A DNA stretch of 10,431 nucleotides from Caedimonas varicaedens (GTDB taxonomy: Bacteria > Pseudomonadota > Alphaproteobacteria > Caedimonadales > Caedimonadaceae). This document shows positions 6,877-10,431 of this stretch, piece after piece; position 1 is the first letter of the stretch, and each line of letters begins with the position of its first letter. Under the pieces are notes generated by a model. That model saw nothing but the letters and a program-made list of their open reading frames with translations. It had not been told where the DNA came from and did no database searches. The stretch lies in the NCBI GenBank assembly GCA_001192655.1, contig BBVC01000103.1, positions 1 to 10,431 on the forward strand, given 5' to 3'. Position numbers and translations under genes: made by a program.

Positions 6877-9800
6877 ATTTACCCGAATTTTGTATCCGTC
6901 GCCCTGTTTTTACACTCGTTCTTAATTTTCTGATGGTTCTCATAGGCGTTATTTCTTTCGAACGTTTATCTGTCAGGGAATATCCCAATATTGATGAGCC
7001 TGTTGTGACAGTCGAGACAACCTGGAAAGGGGCCAGCGCTGAGATTGTGGAAACTCAAGTGACGCAAAAACTTGAGGAAACGCTCGCGGGTTTGGAACAG
7101 CTTGATATGATGACGTCAAGCAGTCGTCAGGAGTTCAGCCAGATTACGTTGCGTTTTAAGATCGGCCGTGATTTGGAAGCGGCGGCCAATGATATCCGAG
7201 ATCGTGTCAGTCGTGTACGTGGTTCTTTACCCAATAATATTGATGAGCCTGTGATTGCAAAAGTTGAAGCGGATGCAGAACCCATCATTTACTTGGCTTT
7301 TTCAGGAGAACAGCAATCTCCTCTTGAAATTACAGATTATGCAGATCGCTATGTCAAGGATCGTCTTAAAACCATTGAGGGCGTAGCCGAAGTCCAGATT
7401 TTGGGGCAGCGTATCTTTGCTATGCGCATCTGGCTGGATCGCTTGAAGCTTGCGGGCTTTGGATTAACGGTTCAAGATGTGGAAACGGCCTTGGAAAAGC
7501 AAAATCTGGAAGTTCCGGCAGGACGTATTGAAAGTGTTGAGCGAGAGTTTACAGTACTTTCAGAAACTGATCTGAAAACGCCTCAGCAGTTTGAAAATCT
7601 TATTTTAAAAGTTGTTCGTGATTATCCTGTTAAATTAAAAGATGTGGGGCGTGCGGAATTAGGCGCAGCAGATGAGCGTTCCTATGTACGCTTCAATGGA
7701 CAAAATGCCATTGCCCTAGGGATTGTTAAACAGGCGATTGCAAATCCATTGGATATCTCTCGCGCTGTTCACGAGATGTTTCCTGAAATCCGTCAAGCTC
7801 TTCCCGCGGGCATGAAGGTTGATATTGCCTATGATATATCTGTTTTTATCGATCATTCGATCAAGTCCGTTTATAAGACGATCCTCGAAGCCATTTTCTT
7901 GGTGATGGCGGTTATTTTTCTCTTTTTAAGGAATTTGCGTTCGACTCTTATTCCTCTTGTGACAATCCCTGTTTCCCTTATCACGACTTTTGCCTTGATG
8001 CATGTTCTGGGTTTTACAATTAATACGTTGACGTTGCTCTCTCTTGTTTTGGCGATCGGTCTGGTTGTTGATGATGCTATTGTCATGCTTGAAAATGTTT
8101 ATCGTTATATTGAGAAAGGACTTAAACCCCTTGAGGCCGCAATCAAGGGAAGCAAAGAGATTATGTTCGCCATTATTTCGATGACCACGACGCTGGTGGC
8201 TGTTTATGCTCCTATTGCTTTTATGCAGGGGAAGGTTGGTCGCTTATTTCTGGAATTTTCCCTGACACTTGCATGTGCGGTTCTTGTATCAGGTGTTGTG
8301 GCTTTAACGCTTTCGCCCATGATGTGCGCGCGGTTACTGAGACCTCATGAAAAACACGGCAAGATTTATAATAACATTGAAAATTTTCTTATTAAACTTA
8401 ATGAGGCATATAAAAATCTTTTGATGGCTCTTTTGAAAAAAAGGTTTTTGGTTGTCCTGATGGGAGTTGTATCACTCCTCTTGAATGTGATGTTTTTCAG
8501 GATGTTACCTTCTGAGCTTTCTCCTGTAGAAGATCGAGGATTTATTATGGCGATTGGGATGGCGCCTGAAGGATCAACAATTGGATTTACAGATAAGTAT
8601 GCAAAAAAAATGGAACTTTTTTATAAAAAAATCCCTGAAGTTGAAGAATACTTTGTTGTTTCTGGTCGGCCTTATGTTTCTCAGATACTGAGTTTCCTCT
8701 CTTTAAAACCCTGGGCAATACGTCATCGCAAACAGCAAGCCATTACAGCAGAATTGGCGCCCCAATTGTTTTCTATTCCTGGTCTTTTAGCGTTTGCCAT
8801 GAATCCTGGTTCTCTCGGCAGCAGCCCTATTGAGCGCCCCATTCAACTGGTTATCAAAACTGATCTTTCCTATGAGAAACTGGATCAGCTGACGAAGAAA
8901 ATTCTTAAAGAGGCGGCTCAATTTAAAGAGCTTGCGGATCTTGATGCAGATATCAAGCTGGACAAACCTGAATTGCGACTGACAATTGATCGCGAGAAAA
9001 GCTCAGCGGTAGATGTTTCAGTTGCGACGATTGATCGTACTTTGGAAACTCTGTTGGGTGGAAAGCAGGTGACGCGCTTTAAGCGGGAAGGAAAGCAATA
9101 TGACGTTATTGTGCAAATTCGAGATGAGGAGCGCCGAAATCCTGAAGACATTACAGATCTTTTCGTACGCGGTCGTGATAATACCATGATTCAATTGGCA
9201 AATCTTGTGAAAATTAAGGAAACATCAGCGCCCAAAGAGCTAAATCGCTTTAACCAGCAACACGCTGTAACGATTTCTGCTGGTCTTGGTCCAGGAGCGA
9301 CATTGGGGCAGTCCCTGGATACACTTGAAAAAGTTGTTCGTAAACACATCTCTGCGGGGACGACTATTGATTATAAGGAAGGTTCGCGAGAGTTCAAGAA
9401 AACAGGGCGAGAGTTGTATATCACCCTCCTTTTATCTCTTGTTTTTATTTATCTTGTTCTTTCTGCTCAATTTGAAAGTTTCCGTGATCCTCTCATTATT
9501 ATGCTTTCTGTTCCTCTTGCTCTGACAGGAGCTTTAATGGCACTTGTTCTGACAAAAGGAACGCTGAACGTTTATAGTCAAATTGGCATGGTGACACTTA
9601 TTGGGCTTATTACGAAGAATGGGATCATGATTGTTGAGTTCGCCAATCAGTTACGCGAGAGAGGCCATACGATTCTGGAGGCGGTGGTTGAGGCTTCAAA
9701 CCTTCGGCTGCGTCCTATTTTGATGACAACGGCAGCAATGATTTTGGGCAATATTCCTCTTGCTTTGGATACAGGTGCTGGAGCAGAAAGTCGAAATTCT

Positions 9801-9920
9801 ATTGGCTGGGTCATTGTGGGGGGACTCACCATTGGAACACTTATGACTCTTTTTGTGATCCCTACTGTTTATACCTATCTTGCTCGGGGGAAAGTGGAGA
9901 AACATCCAGTTAATTTATAG
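6873..9920 (+). CDS. Efflux RND transporter permease subunit (HAE1 family, AcrB/AcrD/MdtB/MdtC-like)
   Basis: The 1015-aa product starts with the typical RND N-terminus FCIRRPVFTLVLNFLMVLIGVISF...EYPNID. The TM4 proton-relay pair is LAIGLVVDDAIVMLEN (GAT GAT at 8070-8075, residues 400-401). The TM10 Lys is in GLITKNGIMIVEF. The C-terminal motif is RLRPILMTTAAMILGNIPLAL. There are two large periplasmic loops. The gene is translationally coupled to the upstream adaptor gene. Confidence 0.96.
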   Translation: MNLPEFCIRRPVFTLVLNFLMVLIGVISFERLSVREYPNIDEPVVTVETTWKGASAEIVETQVTQKLEETLAGLEQLDMMTSSSRQEFSQITLRFKIGRDLEAAANDIRDRVSRVRGSLPNNIDEPVIAKVEADAEPIIYLAFSGEQQSPLEITDYADRYVKDRLKTIEGVAEVQILGQRIFAMRIWLDRLKLAGFGLTVQDVETALEKQNLEVPAGRIESVEREFTVLSETDLKTPQQFENLILKVVRDYPVKLKDVGRAELGAADERSYVRFNGQNAIALGIVKQAIANPLDISRAVHEMFPEIRQALPAGMKVDIAYDISVFIDHSIKSVYKTILEAIFLVMAVIFLFLRNLRSTLIPLVTIPVSLITTFALMHVLGFTINTLTLLSLVLAIGLVVDDAIVMLENVYRYIEKGLKPLEAAIKGSKEIMFAIISMTTTLVAVYAPIAFMQGKVGRLFLEFSLTLACAVLVSGVVALTLSPMMCARLLRPHEKHGKIYNNIENFLIKLNEAYKNLLMALLKKRFLVVLMGVVSLLLNVMFFRMLPSELSPVEDRGFIMAIGMAPEGSTIGFTDKYAKKMELFYKKIPEVEEYFVVSGRPYVSQILSFLSLKPWAIRHRKQQAITAELAPQLFSIPGLLAFAMNPGSLGSSPIERPIQLVIKTDLSYEKLDQLTKKILKEAAQFKELADLDADIKLDKPELRLTIDREKSSAVDVSVATIDRTLETLLGGKQVTRFKREGKQYDVIVQIRDEERRNPEDITDLFVRGRDNTMIQLANLVKIKETSAPKELNRFNQQHAVTISAGLGPGATLGQSLDTLEKVVRKHISAGTTIDYKEGSREFKKTGRELYITLLLSLVFIYLVLSAQFESFRDPLIIMLSVPLALTGALMALVLTKGTLNVYSQIGMVTLIGLITKNGIMIVEFANQLRERGHTILEAVVEASNLRLRPILMTTAAMILGNIPLALDTGAGAESRNSIGWVIVGGLTIGTLMTLFVIPTVYTYLARGKVEKHPVNL

Positions 9921-9958
9921 CTCTTCTCCTAATAGTCTGTACTATTGTAAGGCATAAT

Positions 9959-10431
9959 CTACCGCCTCATGCAGTGATTTAAAGTTGGAATATTTTTCCT
10001 AATTTTGTTTTTGACGAGAAACCATGCATGCTCAATATCGTTGAGATCGGGAGAATACGGGGGAAGATACAAAAGGGTGCATCCGGCATCCGTAATCATC
10101 TTCTCAATTTTCTTCGATTTGTGAAATCTGGCATTATCCAAAATCACTGTCTGCCCTGGCTTGAGGATAGGAACAAGTTCCTGCTCTCTCATGCTTCCAC
10201 AACCTTAGTGTTACAGTATCCTGCAAATGTCATGGGAACCTGGAAGTCTTTTTTGTTGAGGGCGGCCAATCATACTCACGCGTGTTGTTCTTGATCCTCG
10301 CCTCAGGGCATAAAATCGTTGACCTCTTGGACTGTAGCCATAAAGATAATCTTCCGTGTCATCGATACCGGACTCATTCACAAAAACAGAGATTCATACG
10401 CCTTTGAGGCTAAAATATAGCTAACAACATA
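9959..10431 (-). pseudogene. IS630/Tc1-mariner-family DDE transposase, C-terminal catalytic region, multiply frameshifted and truncated by the window edge
   Basis: The intact minus-strand ORF 9959-10192 encodes VILDNARFHKS...LLYLPPYSPDLNDIEHAW, the second Asp and the Glu of a DD35E triad with the IS630 hallmark PYSPDLNxIE. Homologous pieces continue upstream in other frames. These are ...LAALNKKDFQVPMTFAGYCNTKVVEA* (about 10189-10269) and ISVFVNESGIDDTEDYLYGYSPRGQRFYALRRGSRTTRVSMIG (about 10265-10393). A further shift lies near the T-run at about 10385-10392. That gives at least three frame disruptions. The IS terminus presumably lies in 9921-9958 but I could not define it. Confidence 0.8.
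10415..10431. repeat. Right copy of the 17-bp terminal inverted repeat (ATATAGCTAACAACATA)
   Basis: This is the exact reverse complement of bases 1-17. It lies inside or at the edge of the degraded IS630-like region. Confidence 0.9.

Noticed and set aside
7871-9905. Short ORFs lie inside the RND pump gene (7871-8086, 8918-9187, 9647-9832 and 9696-9905 minus; 9286-9525 plus).
   Set aside because: All lie within the continuous 1015-aa RND frame. They are shadow ORFs.
10028-10294. An 88-aa plus-strand ORF lies at the right edge.
   Set aside because: It is antisense to the IS630-like transposase segments, which carry clear DDE-family motifs on the minus strand. It has no motif of its own.
1-10431. 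The whole 10.4-kb segment could be read as a composite transposon or mobile island bounded by the 17-bp inverted repeats and carrying the efflux pump.
   Set aside because: The interior is dominated by core housekeeping genes (accD, hfq, hflX) in a conserved arrangement. Composition looks uniform by eye, and only one degraded IS is visible. Flanking repeat copies or an assembly boundary explain the termini better.
1-10431. I searched for CRISPR arrays, tRNA/rRNA genes, tandem repeats, toxin-antitoxin pairs or defence-system genes.
   Set aside because: I saw no regularly spaced direct repeats, no cloverleaf-like or rRNA-like segments, and no unassigned ORF large enough to encode such systems. 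All sizeable ORFs are accounted for by the eight genes and the IS relic.

Overview
The window holds eight co-directional plus-strand genes and a decayed insertion-sequence remnant at the right edge. In order they are: a 5'-truncated Atm1/ABCB7-type ABC exporter, a small GNAT acetyltransferase, accD, a HAD-family phosphatase, hfq, hflX, and a translationally coupled RND efflux pair (periplasmic adaptor plus a 1015-aa inner-membrane pump). An IS630/Tc1-mariner-type transposase pseudogene follows on the minus strand.

The hfq-hflX pair, the accD N-terminus (MNWLTSFVRPK...) and the Atm1-like exporter look alphaproteobacterial. GC is about 40% by eye. A low-GC, possibly host-associated alphaproteobacterium is inference only.

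I see no rRNA, tRNA, CRISPR array, toxin-antitoxin pair or recognisable defence system. All long antisense or alternate-frame ORFs in the track look spurious. This is mostly an ordinary housekeeping region, and I found no convincing evidence for a novel multi-gene system.

The observations worth a second look are:
- a perfect 17-bp inverted repeat sitting exactly at the two window edges;
- the multiply frameshifted IS630-like relic 38 bp downstream of the RND pump gene;
- the RND module lacking a linked outer-membrane factor or regulator, and carrying an A9 tract in its first codons;
- small repeat structures upstream of the pump operon;
- an unexplained ~310-bp non-coding gap after accD.
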